DNA from: Oculina patagonica
Lineage: Eukaryota
Direction of reading: 5' to 3'
Assembly (NCBI RefSeq): GCF_052425735.1
Contig: NC_135761.1
Coordinates: forward strand, 57,598,001-57,662,000
DNA length: 64,000 nucleotides
The translations under genes were made by a program, and so were the position numbers. Below the pieces are notes generated by a model. That model was not told where the DNA came from. It saw only the letters and a list, made by a program, of their open reading frames with translations, and made no database searches. Of the stretch, positions 40,537 through 52,711 are shown one piece after another; the first letter of the stretch is position 1; every line of letters starts with the position of its first letter.

Positions 40537-41760
40537 TTCTTTTAGCAGTTTCACATTGATCTCTTTCCTTTAGAGACGGTCTGCGAAAAATATACTACCG
40601 AAATTCTCGTATGTAAACAAAAACTTTAATGGAAGGGGAACGCGCTGAATGGAATTATAACAGTGACTGCAAACATAAAAAAAACGAACACAAATTTGTC
40701 ATCACTGTTTGACTTTTATTTTAATGACAAGATACAAAAAATTAATGCAGCTGAACTACAAACACTAAGTGTCCAAATACCAGTAGGTTGTAGGCTCAAT
40801 CTACCGCTTCATCTAAACTTATGGTTGCCTCTTTCCAGTTGCCTTTCAGAAGCTCAAATCCTTGCCTGGCTATCAACCGAAATACTAGGCTATTTACTTT
40901 TTCCTTTTTATGCACCTAACAAACCAGCTTTTACTTAACATTTAAATTCAATAAATAAATAAACTTTGGTGGCTGCCAATGCAGTTCTTGCATTTAATGA
41001 TACTTTTACAGATATTTTGTATTTTTAATCGTTTTTAATATTGTATTTTTAACACGTATGTTGTAAGATATTTTTTTAATATTGGATTTTTAATATGTAA
41101 TTTTTAACTCCTTTTAATATGAATTCATTAATTTTTTATTATACCTAAATTGTCAAGCACTTTTATCATGAGCATCTGGCTCGGGAGATTGGGTAACCAC
41201 TCCCCGTGTATTTGGCGTGAAAAAAAATAACCTAGCCTGCGAATACAGCCACCTCTCATTCACGTCCCGCAACGAAGAGCGCTCTTCGTTGCGGGACGTA
41301 TAGAGGGGTGATCGAGGAATTACCTTTACCTTTACCTTTTACCTTGAAGTTGAGGGGGAGAAAGCCTGGGATCGAGACCCAGAGGGGGGACTCCCCTATT
41401 AAAATGACGGGTTTGCTCCTCGGAAAATTTCGAACACCCCTTTAAGGTACAAGAATCATGTTTCGTGGGCGTGGCCCAATTTCATTTTTCACCCCTAGCT
41501 AACAAGTACCAATTCTAAACTAAAAATTAAACTGGCACTGGCAACTCTTTCCAATTCCTTCTTCTCTAAAAGCTTATTTGAATAATTCAGAATTAAAAAC
41601 CAAATGCAGTAAAGGTTTCCGTCATTTTTAAGATCGATAACTTTAAAGACCCCCTAAAAGGTACTGCGACAACTCTAGCGGCGGACAGTTTAGGTTTAAG
41701 CACCCTATAGCGGTACCAATCCACAAATATTACCCCCTAAACGGTACGACCAGCACTCCC

Positions 41761-41761
<1 letters not shown>

Positions 41762-41825
<64 letters not shown>
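41762..41825. repeat. (TAA)n microsatellite
   Basis: About 21 TAA units with one interruption. Confidence 0.95.
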
Positions 41826-41893
41826 CGAACGTCATTTTAATAGGCGAATCCCCCAGGCGGGATCGAGGTTTTTGATCCCTTTTTTATTTTCAA

Positions 41894-44800
41894 CTAACCT
41901 ACAATTTTAAAACGCTGATTCCTATATCTAGAACTTATATGTGTAAAGAAACAGCGCCGATCTCTATTGTCTGTACAGATTAGAGACAAGTTATGGTCAC
42001 TGCAGTTGCTAGTTACTCCTAGATACAAATTAGTAAGCTTATGTTTATATGTAACATATGTAAATTTTCCATCATTATTCTTCTCTTCATAAAACAGGAA
42101 AGCATCAACAGCTGAAGGGCCACAATGATGTCTCTGTAAATGCAATGGAAACATTGAAAATCAAACAATAATAGGCCTTATGCATGATAACGTCATAAGC
42201 TAACCGCGATCAGGCGCCCCCGCGGAAAAAGAAAGCCTGATCGCAGGTTACATAAGCTCAAAATTCACCACCAAGCCTCGTTTACGAAAGTTATTCGCAA
42301 CCTTTCGCCACCTTCATGCAATTTTCACGTGGGTATTCTTTTCTTCTTTGCTGCTTTGGGAATTCGTTCATGATGATATTCACAAGTTTACACTTTGAAA
42401 GCGAGGCTTGGCGGTGAAACTAGCAAGTCTGACGTAAACATGCATAAGGGCTATTCAACATACATTCTCTGAACAATAAATTTGCCAAGCAGAACTGTTA
42501 CATGTTCTAGTGCCATTGAATCGAATATCAAGCCAGTCATCAGTTAAATTATTTGGCGATTTCTCAGCGTATCTGTTAAAATTTCAACCCGTACAGTAAA
42601 TTTTGACCAATTTTCAGCTATAATTTTAACCAGGTCAATTTTATTTTATATTTAACAATATATAATCTACAGGCCACAGAGGGAAGATCAGTCCTACTTG
42701 TGATAAAACTTTCTCGAAACTTTCGGTAAAAGAAAACAATGATTCAACAAACAAAATCTCTCTTTACCAAGTAAATTGTTACATTTTACTTGTTTCCATT
42801 GAATCGAAGATCAAATTGGTGGATTGCCGAGTCAATTTTTATTAAATTATAAACAGGTCACAAAAGAAAGACCTTAATTTTCAAAGAAACATACGGTAAA
42901 TTATATTGACCGGACTGTTTCGACTTGCTTTAACTTTAAATTAACTTTTTTTAAAGCAGGTATAATTGTATTGGAGTTCATTGCAAATAGACACTCAGGT
43001 TTAAGGTCTCCGCACACGCGGGGACAAGGCGCAGGGACATGTCCCAGCGACATGTAGCAGCGACAAATCATTTGTTTAGGGCCTAGCTGATTACATGAGC
43101 CGGGCTGGCTCGGTTGGCCTTCAGCCCGGTATTACATGAGCCCGGTTAGCCGCGCTGGCGGTGCCGAGATGACCAGCCCGGTTCAGTACGAATAATCAGA
43201 GCACGAATGATCTTGATCACCTTTTTCCGGGAATTTGGTGGTAAGTTGCACATGCAGCTGGATGGTACTACCTCACACCAGAAGGAGTAGCATTGATTTT
43301 CGTCCGAATTGGGCCGGAGAGAAATTTAGCTGGCCCGCTAGCCGGGCTGGCCCGGGAACCGGCTAACCGGGCTGGCCCGGTGTCATGTAATCGCGAAGTT
43401 GATTTTTGTTGCGTTAACAGACGTGCCGAGATCTCGGCAAACCGAGCCAGCCCGGCTAACCGGGCCAGCCCGGCTCATGAAGGGACATGAAGCAGGGGGT
43501 GTAGCGGGGACATGTAGCAGGACAAAGTCACAATATGTGCACACGCAAGAAAATGTATCGGGGACATCATGTCGCTGCGACATGTCCCTGGGTCTTGTCC
43601 CCACGTGTGCGGAGACCTTAATTAACTCACCTCAAATGTGATGCCATTTTCCTCGTTGACTTTCAGCGCATACCTTTTATAACCGTCTAGCTCATCAGTG
43701 AACTGAATACACTTGGTATCCTTTCCTTTGACCTTCTTTATAGTAAATCCTTTGAGTTATCAAATACACAATTACTGAAAACTGCTGGAAACAGTTCGGT
43801 TGTTGAAATTCAACTAACCCGCCTGCCATCAGGCGGCGACGGAAGATAGGAAAAAGGCGAACTCCAGAAAGCAAACTTTAAAAAGGTGCACTACTTACTC
43901 GTTTTAGGGTTTCTTGTAAAACGACCATTGCATTTAGCCTGAGGTCGCCCGCCGATAATGTGAATCTTTAGGAGATTTCCTCTGCATCCACTTTCTAGCC
44001 TATAAAATGACTGAAGGCTGACAGGAGATGCATTTCTCTTCCAGCTTGATCGGACTTCAACACGTGCAAGCAAGCAAGCCACCACGCTCTACCGATAAAA
44101 AGTGATTTGTGATTGAGATCAGAACCATAACTAAAAAGTCTAAAAAAGTCAGGGACCCTGCGGAAAGCGTAACGTTCTTCAGTTATAGTAGGGAACAGAA
44201 TACAGGACGTAACGCTACGAAACAAATAAAACTGTCTAAATTAATAAGAAAAGGAAGGACTCTTGAGTTGACATGCAAAATAGAAGACAAGCTTAAGTAG
44301 AAGACAAAAAATTATAAACCATATCATATGTATCATTCAGTAGAACCCCGATATAACTGCAGTATGCCAAGGGAGCAATAAAATAATATCGTTATATTGA
44401 GAAATCGTTATATCGAAACTCCCGATATAACGATATGGCCGTAAAATAGCCGAAAATATCGTTATATAGGGGTTGACCTAACTTGAACTTTTTTACTGCG
44501 TATTATGATCACAAAATTTACAAATGTAACGATTTAAGCACGCATATCATAGTACAAATTAAAGCTGTTGACAGAAACGTAAGAGATGACTCGATTTCAT
44601 ATACTGTCATGTTATTATATTAAATTCAATGTTTTGCTTAAATTGTGACTCTGTACTGACAATATCGTTATATCGAGAAAGATTTTACGTTAGGTCCGCT
44701 AAATTCTCATCGTTATGTCGGGAATATCGCCATATCATATCGAAGATCGTTATATCGGAGTTCTATAACTTTTGCTAGGACATAGAATATTCATCGTTAT

Positions 44801-45126
44801 ACCAGGAATCTTATCGATATATATCGAATATCGTTATATCGGGGTTCCACTGTACTAGGCCCGGAGACGCCGACTGAGCCGAACCGAGGACCAAGACAAG
44901 ACGCCGGACAGACGCGACTGGCCGCGAGCCGCCAACAGCCAAAACCAGCAAAAACAAAAGAAAGGACGACGAAAAGAGGCGCGAACGCCGCAGGCGCCAC
45001 AGGGAACCGGCCAGCCAGGCGGAACGGCGAAGCCGCAGACAGACGCCGACCTGAAAGGAAGCGGCCGAAAAGACGGCGCGAACCGGGCCTAATATTTCTT
45101 ACTAGAAAAATGTGGGTCAAGTCCAT
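41894..45126 (-). CDS. Secreted beta-trefoil-like (FGF/IL-1-like) protein, paralogue A, 4 exons, 190 aa
   Basis: Exons 45126-45103, 44088-43899, 43749-43631, 42133-41894 (GT-AG; phases 0, 1, 0). Protein: MDLTHIFLSVVACLLARVEVRSSWKRNASPVSLQSFYRLESGCRGNLLKIHIIGGRPQAKCNGRFTRNPKTRFTIKKVKGKDTKCIQFTDELDGYKRYALKVNEENGITFERHHCGPSAVDAFLFYEEKNNDGKFTYVTYKHKLTNLYLGVTSNCSDHNLSLICTDNRDRRCFFTHISSRYRNQRFKIVG. The gene model is supported by matching exon sizes (24/190/119) and a conserved frame in paralogue B. The fold call is inference from motifs. Confidence 0.8.
43005..43617. mobile_element. TTAA-flanked MITE containing a second GC-rich MITE (~43078-43480), in intron 3 of paralogue A
   Basis: TIR GGTCTCCGCACACG.GGGGACAAG; TTAA on both sides; absent from the equivalent intron of paralogue B; inner element has CCGGGCTGGCCCGG repeats. 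Confidence 0.8.
44338..44852. mobile_element. Tc1/mariner (pogo/Tigger-like) MITE in intron 1 of paralogue A
   Basis: CAGTAGAACCCCGATATAAC ... GTTATATCGGGGTTCCACTG-TA with internal TCGTTATATCG repeats; sister copy at 55698-56062. Confidence 0.8.
44858..45089. mobile_element. Small GC-rich insertion with short TIR and TA TSD
   Basis: TA-GGCCCGG...CCGGGCC-TA; the empty site (actaatatttcttac) is seen in paralogue B intron 1. Confidence 0.65.
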
Positions 45127-45193
45127 TCAGTCCACTCTTTTCCAACTCCTTTCTGCAGATGAATAACTACAAAAGTTTTAGAGCGAAGTTCTT

Positions 45194-45203
45194 TTTATTT
45201 ATA
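45194..45203 (-). promoter_or_regulatory. TATA box of paralogue A
   Basis: TATAAATAAA ~70 bp upstream of the ATG; conserved at the same spacing in paralogue B. Confidence 0.65.
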
Positions 45204-46327
45204 CCGTTATTTGTTTAATTTTGTTTGCACTATTAATTTATTTCCAAAACATTACATACTAGCATAAAGTATTTATCTTTTACTTACTGAAGCATTGAAA
45301 TTTATAGTGAGTGGGAGTTTATATTGTTAAATAACGAGTGTATAAAAGCATCTGGAATTTAAACTTCTCTTGATATATTAATAGTAATTTTTCTGGTTCC
45401 CCCAGCCCAGCCCTATGCACTCCACGACCCCTTGAGATAAATCGACAGAAAAAAATACTTCTTCCTGATCAAATCTATTCAGGAGTTACTGCAATAAAAA
45501 CAGTGAACACTGAGCATTCGATTCTGAGGTAACTAAACTGAATAAATTAACTATACGGCACTAATGAGATCAGCGTGAAGCAAGTGGAACGAACCATTGA
45601 AATACCGGAAGTGCGGGGGGAGACACAACACTTCCGGTAATCTCTGAACCATGTACACTCAAAAGATTTAACGTGAAAGCGGAAAATTACTTAGTCTCGT
45701 ATATTCTACCTTGGGCAAAGTAGCGTTCTCTGCAACAGATAAATTCTTCACTTTTATTCAAAAATTATAGTTTATGTTAACAGCCACATGCGTTGGCGAC
45801 ACTTCAAGTATTTCTCTACCGTTCTCTGCAATAATAAAAATGTACTTCTTACTTCTCGAATAGAACAAACAACTCATACAGTAAACACCCGCATATAAGA
45901 ACAAATGGATAAGAACACAGGGAAATTGCCAATAGCCCCATTTTTATAAGAACAAGACAGCCTGAAAATCAGCTCTAAAACTGGAAGGTGAATACATAAA
46001 AAAACAAGTGATTATCACTACCTATAATGAAGGACAGCCAGCATCTCATCAGCAGATGCAGATGATTGGACAAAAAAAAGAAATTTATTAATTTATGCTT
46101 ATTTTACATCAAGGGGTATTTTTGGGTAGTATTACTAATATAGAAATTTAAGAACATTTTAAGAACACTTTTATAATAGCAACTTGCCATTAGCTCAACC
46201 CCAGTGAAATATGTAATAGCATAGGTTGCGTGACATATTAAATGGAACGTAGAGTGAAGACGGAAGTTCTCTAACTTCCGACAAGGACTGATACACTAGC
46301 TTGGAACTTGGTTATACGGAGCAATAT

Positions 46328-46554
46328 AAGGGGCATCGAATGATCTTTGCGAGCACGAGTATTGACAAAAGTTAGCCTTGGGAGCAACAAGCACATTTCA
46401 AAATCTACCTCCACTAAAAACCGAGTATGGGACCGATTGTAAAAATATCCGAGCGCGAGAAAAGATACACCCAGTAAAATTAAATTGCGAGCATTCCAAG
46501 CAGAAGCCTAAGTTTGCGAGCAATGCAAATTTTGGGGACCACTCATGACCCCTA
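46328..46554. mobile_element. MITE family with TGCGAGCA repeats (copies also at ~56070-56305 and ~57700-57929)
   Basis: Shared ends aagggg.atc.aatg.tct..gcgagca ... c.a.tcatgac.cct and mutual similarity among three copies. Confidence 0.65.
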
Positions 46555-47713
46555 AAAAAAGCTAACAACGTACATTTATTTTTATTTTTAATTAGCTTAA
46601 CTCACAACAATTTTAAGTAGCGCGCTTTTCAGGCGTGGGCCTAAGTGGGAGCGCCCACTCAGGCCCACGCCTGAAAAGCAATCTAGAAGAGGCCGAAACA
46701 TTTTTCATGCGGATATCTTTCAATCAACACCGGTCCCTTCTGTCTGAAATCGTCAGGGTGTGGGGGGGGGATGTTTTTTTTTTTTTTTTGCCCCCCCCCC
46801 CCGGAGTGTGGCTGCTTTAATAATATTTTCGCAGAGTTCTTTGCTTCAGATGCGCTCTCTTCACCTTACACTTTCGAATAAAAGAAGACCTCGGCTTCAA
46901 AGTTCGATTTTGTGGAAGGCTTTTGTATCTCAAAATGATTTTGAATGACCTCAGCGAAAAACAGATAGGTGGAACATGCATCTTCTCCTCAATGCTCGAT
47001 GGTTTTCCCATTTTATAAGCGATGTCGAAACGTGTGAAATTTCCAACCTCGTCCTCAGGGCCGCCTGCGTTTTCAAGATGGCGGACGGATATCTTGCGCC
47101 CGCGAGGTTGTTAAATTACTCAACCAAAGAACTGACGACCAAGAACCGGAAAATGTTTGAGAGCACTGCAGTATCGAGTTCATAACAAAAGTATTCACTC
47201 AGTTTTTGACAGTTTTTAAGTCCTCTTCCTTTTTCTCAAGTTCAACGTTTCAAAAAGGATTTAAGTGTTTCCGGGGGCCCCGCCGTCATGTTAGAATAAA
47301 ACTGAAATTGAAGGGATCATTTTAAGCGGAAAACAAACGAACAACGAGATGAACATGATTCTTATCTCTGTATTTGCAATTGTAAAGTTGGCCGAAAACC
47401 TATCAAATGGAAACGACTAATAAACTTACTTACTTACTGATATAAATGTATCTACATTCAATGCACGAAAAGCTATAATCATTCAACTAATCATAATTTA
47501 ACACGCAACTATCAACAAAGTTTGTTTGGTGATACACAGTATCTTATTCCACGTTGTCGCTTCCTAGTTATCGCTTGACGTAAGAGAGGCCTGGGAAAGA
47601 GTACTTAGGCGATTTGGATCAATGTCGGCTATAAAGGGAGGTGGACATCTGACGATAAATTATACCACATGATTAGTTTGTTAGCACAAGCGGCCTTTTA
47701 GTCGAGTCTTCTG

Positions 47714-47920
47714 NNNNNNNNNNNNNNNNNNNNNNNNNNNNNNNNNNNNNNNNNNNNNNNNNNNNNNNNNNNNNNNNNNNNNNNNNNNNNNNNNNNNNNN
47801 NNNNNNNNNNNNNNNNNNNNNNNNNNNNNNNNNNNNNNNNNNNNNNNNNNNNNNNNNNNNNNNNNNNNNNNNNNNNNNNNNNNNNNNNNNNNNNNNNNNN
47901 NNNNNNNNNNNNNNNNNNNN
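47714..47920. other. Assembly gap (207 N)
   Basis: Run of n characters. Confidence 1.
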
Positions 47921-49451
47921 GAAATGAACCGACCAAATCAACCTAGCACAGAGGACAACTCCTTTGTTTGAGGGTCAATGGGGTAATGGCTTTTACAGTA
48001 AACGGTCAAAAATTTTGGCTTTTTAAGGCTAACGGTCGATTTCGTTTTGTTACGGTTAATGATAATTTTAATAATTAATTTCTATTGTTTTAAAAAGTAA
48101 CAAAAATTTCAATTGTTGTATCGATAAGCTGTGTTCTTTCTTGACTTTGTCCTGGCCTTTTATGTCCCCTTTTATCTTTCTATGGGCTTTTCCTCTCGAA
48201 CGTGATATTTACTTATTAAAGTTCCCAATATAACCATAATAAACTAGTCAAGAGACTGAAAAAGGCCTTGAAAAAAGAATCTTGAGACGTTCACTTTGAA
48301 ACGATCATAATATCGTGCCATTAATGGCAAGATAATATGATCGTTTCAAAGTGTTTATTTCAAAAATAGGTAAATTAAGAACATCTGTAAACATAACTTG
48401 AAACCAACTGCCCTTTATTCAACAAACTACAGATACCCTTTATTACGCAAACCATGTATGGTATATCTCTCGGAAACCTCTTATAAGTACCTAAAATCTT
48501 CACATTTTTTAGGACATTAATTGCATAAAGTTAAAAAAACTCTATTACATACGTTACTGTTAATGTAAAAAAAACTCTATTACATACGTTACATTGTACA
48601 TGTTAATTTGTGCACTTTTTTTACAAAAAGTTTACTTGTCTACCTTACAAAATATGACTGGCACAACCTTCGACCAGCCATTGACCAATAGTCTACTATT
48701 AACCGTTACTGAACAGTCACCGCACTGAAACCTCAACTACAATTGCAACTGCCTGGAATGTAACCCATACTAAAACTTCTTACCCGAAGAAATATCAATG
48801 ATTATAAAAGTATTATCACTCACTCAGTGAGGAGACAAGATAAAAACAAAAAGCACTAGACAATTAATTACCCATCTAGACAGGCCATCTGAATGCGCAA
48901 GATGACCTGTCTTAAAATTACAATTTCTATAAACTTAACCCTTACAATTTACTATTATTTGTATTCTCACCAACTCATACAGTCCAAGTAGCGCATTTTT
49001 TCCGCCCCAAAAAAATAGCACTTGCACGCGTTGCGTACCTATGTTCTTTTTCAGTGGACTGAAGGAGCGGACTTAATCGGCCGCCTCCTCTAAAATTCTG
49101 ACAACCTTTTCCCAGCTGAAGCCCGTCGGCTACAAACCTAGATCCCAGCAGGCCCCTTTCCCTTTTCCTCCCGTGTTACTTTTGTTGAGGGCATTCCCGT
49201 CCCTAGAGCCGCTTGTCCCTCGATCAATTAGCCAGCGAGGCTTAAAAAAAAAAAAAAAGCCAGCGAGGCCTGACACGAGAAACAAGTGGCTCTGGCCAGA
49301 CACATGATTTGATTGGCTGGATTTTAACAAAAGGAACAGCTCGTGGACAAGAATGCGTTGAGGGAGAAAAAAGAGAAAGAGCCCTAGGATCGAGGCAGGG
49401 GGATCGAGGTAATAACTCAACCAACGGAACATCCTACTTTCTCAAAACATT

Positions 49452-51544
49452 TTAAAAAGGCTGAATACTACGTTGATTACGTTTGCGCATTTTCTTAAAG
49501 AAACGGCAACGTCGATCTTCACTGTTTGAGCAGATTAAAGACAAGTTATGGTCACTGCAGTTGCTAGTTACTCCTAGGTACAAATTAGTAACCTTATGTT
49601 TATATGTAACGTATGTAAATTTTCCATCACTATTCTTCTCTTCGTAAAACAGGAAAGCATCAACAGTTGAGGGGCCACATTGATGTCTCTGTGAATGCAA
49701 CGGAAACATTTGATTCAACGCACATTCTCTGCACAAAAAAAAAATTGTTTTCACTATAGTTTGTAAATAGAAACTTAGGTTCAATGTTTAAATCCACTTC
49801 AAAAGTGAATGTATTTGTCCCGCAGCTGAGTTTGGGGTTAAAATAATATGGAAATTAATCTTGCGGAAATAAACTTCATGGGTCGATAATTTCTCACAAT
49901 ACGTTAAACAAAACAATGATTCAACAAACAAAATCTTTCATTACCAAGCAGAAATGGTACATATACTTGCTTTCACTGAATCAAAGAACGAACTGGTTAA
50001 TTGGCCGAGTCAATTGTTATAAAAATAATCAACAGGTCACAAAAGAAAGACCTATTTTTAACGAAACGTCGGGTTAATTATATTGACCAGACTGTTTTCA
50101 CTTGCTCTAACTTTTCAAATTAACTTTCTTATGGCAACCATCGTTATATTCAAGTCGTTCAGTTGCAAATAAAAAACTTAGTTGCTTTAACTCACCTCAA
50201 ATGTAATCCCACTTGTCCGGTTGAACTTCAGCGCATACATTTTATTATTGTCTTGTTCATCGGTGTATAGAATGCACTTGATATTCTTTCCTTTGCTTTT
50301 CATTAACGTAAATCCTTTGAGAAACAAAATACACCATTATTAAAAACTTCTGAAAACAATTCCGTTAAAATTTAACAGACTCGCCGTCAGGTGGCGACAG
50401 AAAAGAAGGAAAAAGAAACGTTTTTCTTCGGTCTCTTACTGACTTGCTTATAATTAACAAAAAGAACATAACGTTATTTCCGGAAATCCCGTTTTCCGTT
50501 TATATTAAGCCACGAACGGCAACCGGAAGTGGAACGTTCTCTTCTTTGGCGCGTGTTATAAGCGACTTTTTGTTCATAAATTCAATTTGTAATTGCTAAA
50601 ACGAAGGCTTTCCAACAAAGTTTTGGAGGTAAAAGTTCGCCAAAAACATAAACAGGCGCCTTTCGGTTGCTATCTGTTGCGCAAAAACGTCTGTGCTCTC
50701 TAAAAAATTGGATTTATGGCGAACTCGAGAAAGCAAACTTTTTAAATCTCTGGATTCCCTGAAAGAAGCGCGACAACATCATTTGGCATAACTGTACTAA
50801 AACGATATCAATCTGATCAGATTTGCTTTAGATGACCTTTGTTCCTAAGGCCGCAATATATTATTATGTTCTGAAGTAATACAAATTCTTTACCACTAGC
50901 TCGATACTTTTAATCTCTCTATTTTTTAAAAAACAGAGTATTTTTCTTGCAACTGGCTTACATGGGTGTTCCTAAAGAAACGATTGAAAGATGCTGCTAA
51001 ATTGGAAAGTAAAGACCCTCTCGATACTTTAGAACTTTATTTGGTTATAAGGTACCGCACTACTTACTCGTTTTGGCGTTTCTCGTAAAACGACCACTGC
51101 ATTTGGCCTGAGCTCGCTCGCCGTCAATGTGAATCTTGAGGAGATTTCCTCTACATCCTTTTCCTAGTCTGTAAAATGACTGAAGGCTGACAGGAGATGT
51201 AGTTCTCTTCCAGCTTGATCCGACTTCAACATGTGCCAGCAAGCAAGCCACCACGATCTACCGATAAAAAGTGATTTGTGATTGAGATGAGCCATAAACA
51301 AGAAATACCTGGGACCCTGCGGAAAGGGTAACGTTTTTCAGTTATAGTAGGGAACAGTATACAGGACGTAACGCTCCGAAACAGATAAAACTGTCTAAAT
51401 TAATGAGAAAAGGAAGGACTCTTCAGTTAACAAAATAGAGGGAAGTGTTTGAGAGTAGAAGACAAAAAACAGGTAATCATATCTAACATTGCAATAACCC
51501 TTAGCACTAATATTTCTTACTAGAAAAATATGGGTTAAGTCCAT
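49452..51544 (-). CDS. Secreted beta-trefoil-like (FGF/IL-1-like) protein, paralogue B, 4 exons, 189 aa
   Basis: Exons 51544-51521, 51257-51068, 50314-50196, 49688-49452 (GT-AG; phases 0, 1, 0). Protein: MDLTHIFLIVVACLLAHVEVGSSWKRTTSPVSLQSFYRLGKGCRGNLLKIHIDGERAQAKCSGRFTRNAKTRFTLMKSKGKNIKCILYTDEQDNNKMYALKFNRTSGITFERHQCGPSTVDAFLFYEEKNSDGKFTYVTYKHKVTNLYLGVTSNCSDHNLSLICSNSEDRRCRFFKKMRKRNQRSIQPF. Confidence 0.8.
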
Positions 51545-51612
51545 TTTGTCCACTTCTTTTTCAGCTATATTTCTCCAGATGAATAACTATAAAAGTTTCA
51601 GAGCGAAGTTCT

Positions 51613-51622
51613 TTTATTTATA
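51613..51622 (-). promoter_or_regulatory. TATA box of paralogue B
   Basis: TATAAATAAA, same spacing to the ATG as in paralogue A. Confidence 0.65.
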
Positions 51623-52306
51623 CCATTATTTGTTTAATTTTATTTGCAGTATAATTGATTAAAAATGAAAGGAATTTAATTCGTCTAACGCCTTTTAATC
51701 ATGAACATTACATAGTAGCTTAAAGTATGTATCTTTTAACTACCGTAGCTTTGAAATGTATACTGAGTGGGAGTAATATATATTGTTTTTAAATAACAAG
51801 TGTGTAAAAGTAGCTGGAAGTTAAACTTCTCTTGACAATATTAATACTGATTTGTCTGGACCCCCACCCCCACCCCTCGACCACTTGAAATAAATCGACA
51901 AACAAAAAACTTCTTACTGATTGAAACAATTTAGGAGTTATTGCAATAACTGATCTTTCGATCTCTACATCTACTGAAGTAACTGAACTGGAAAAAATTA
52001 ATTTTACGGCAATAATAAGATCAGCGTGAAGCAAGTACGTGGAACAAACCTTTCAAATACCGGAAGTGCGGGGGATTGCATGACACTTCCGGTAGATCTG
52101 TGATTCATGTACACGCAAAAGATTCTACGTGGAAATGATGCAGAAAATAACTTAGTCTCGTATATTGTACAAATACTCAGTTGTTTCACGGTAGTGCAAA
52201 CAACAGCATTTGGATGATCGCCCATACATGCGGCTGTTTACAAAAGTGTCAAACAATTTAATAACGTGTTTAATTTTGTCCGAGATTGAATGAGGGCGTT
52301 CAGAAT

Positions 52307-52510
52307 TAGCCTGCGTGGCCGGCGTCTGAAGGGGAGGAAGAAGGGAAGTTCGAGCGCGAAGCGCGATCGTTTGGGATCGCGGGGGTGGGGGGTAAGGGGA
52401 AAGGAGACCCTTCCCAATCCCAAACGATCGCGCTTCGCGCTCTCCTTCGCTCGCGCTTCGCGCTCGAACTTCCCTTCTCCCTCCCCTTCGAACGCCGGCT
52501 ACGCAGGCTA
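52307..52510. mobile_element. Palindromic MITE with 9-bp TSD
   Basis: TAGCCTGCGT.GCCGGCGT ... ACGCCGGCTACGCAGGCTA flanked by GTTCAGAAT on both sides. Confidence 0.8.
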
Positions 52511-52711
52511 GTTCAGAATAGGTTTGCAGATCAACGGATTAAGCCTTAAAATCGCACGGATTGTGGACTTGGGTGATAAATTGAGCGGCTCGCGGATTTC
52601 AAAACTAGGACGGATCACGGATCAGCCTAGAATTTTGACCCGGATTCCGGTCTCTGTCTGTCTTGAAGTGAGGTTGTGCATCCTAAACGAAGTTCGGATC
52701 ACGAAGAGAAG

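Noticed and set aside
44338-44852. Regularly recurring TCGTTATATCG motifs resembling a CRISPR-like or iteron array
   Set aside because: They are internal repeats of a TIR-bounded MITE with a sister copy at 55698-56062; eukaryotic context, irregular spacing.
44797-45102. Continuation of the 109-aa ORF starting MDLTHIFL
   Set aside because: After codon 8 it reads through a GTAAGA donor into an intronic GC-rich insertion that is absent from paralogue B.
47673-47941. ORFs spanning the N run
   Set aside because: Artefacts of the assembly gap.
41894-51544. Paralogues A and B being two alleles mis-assembled in tandem across the gap
   Set aside because: About 24% nucleotide divergence in exon 3, different C-termini and many independent TE insertions are more than expected for alleles; not formally excluded without reads.
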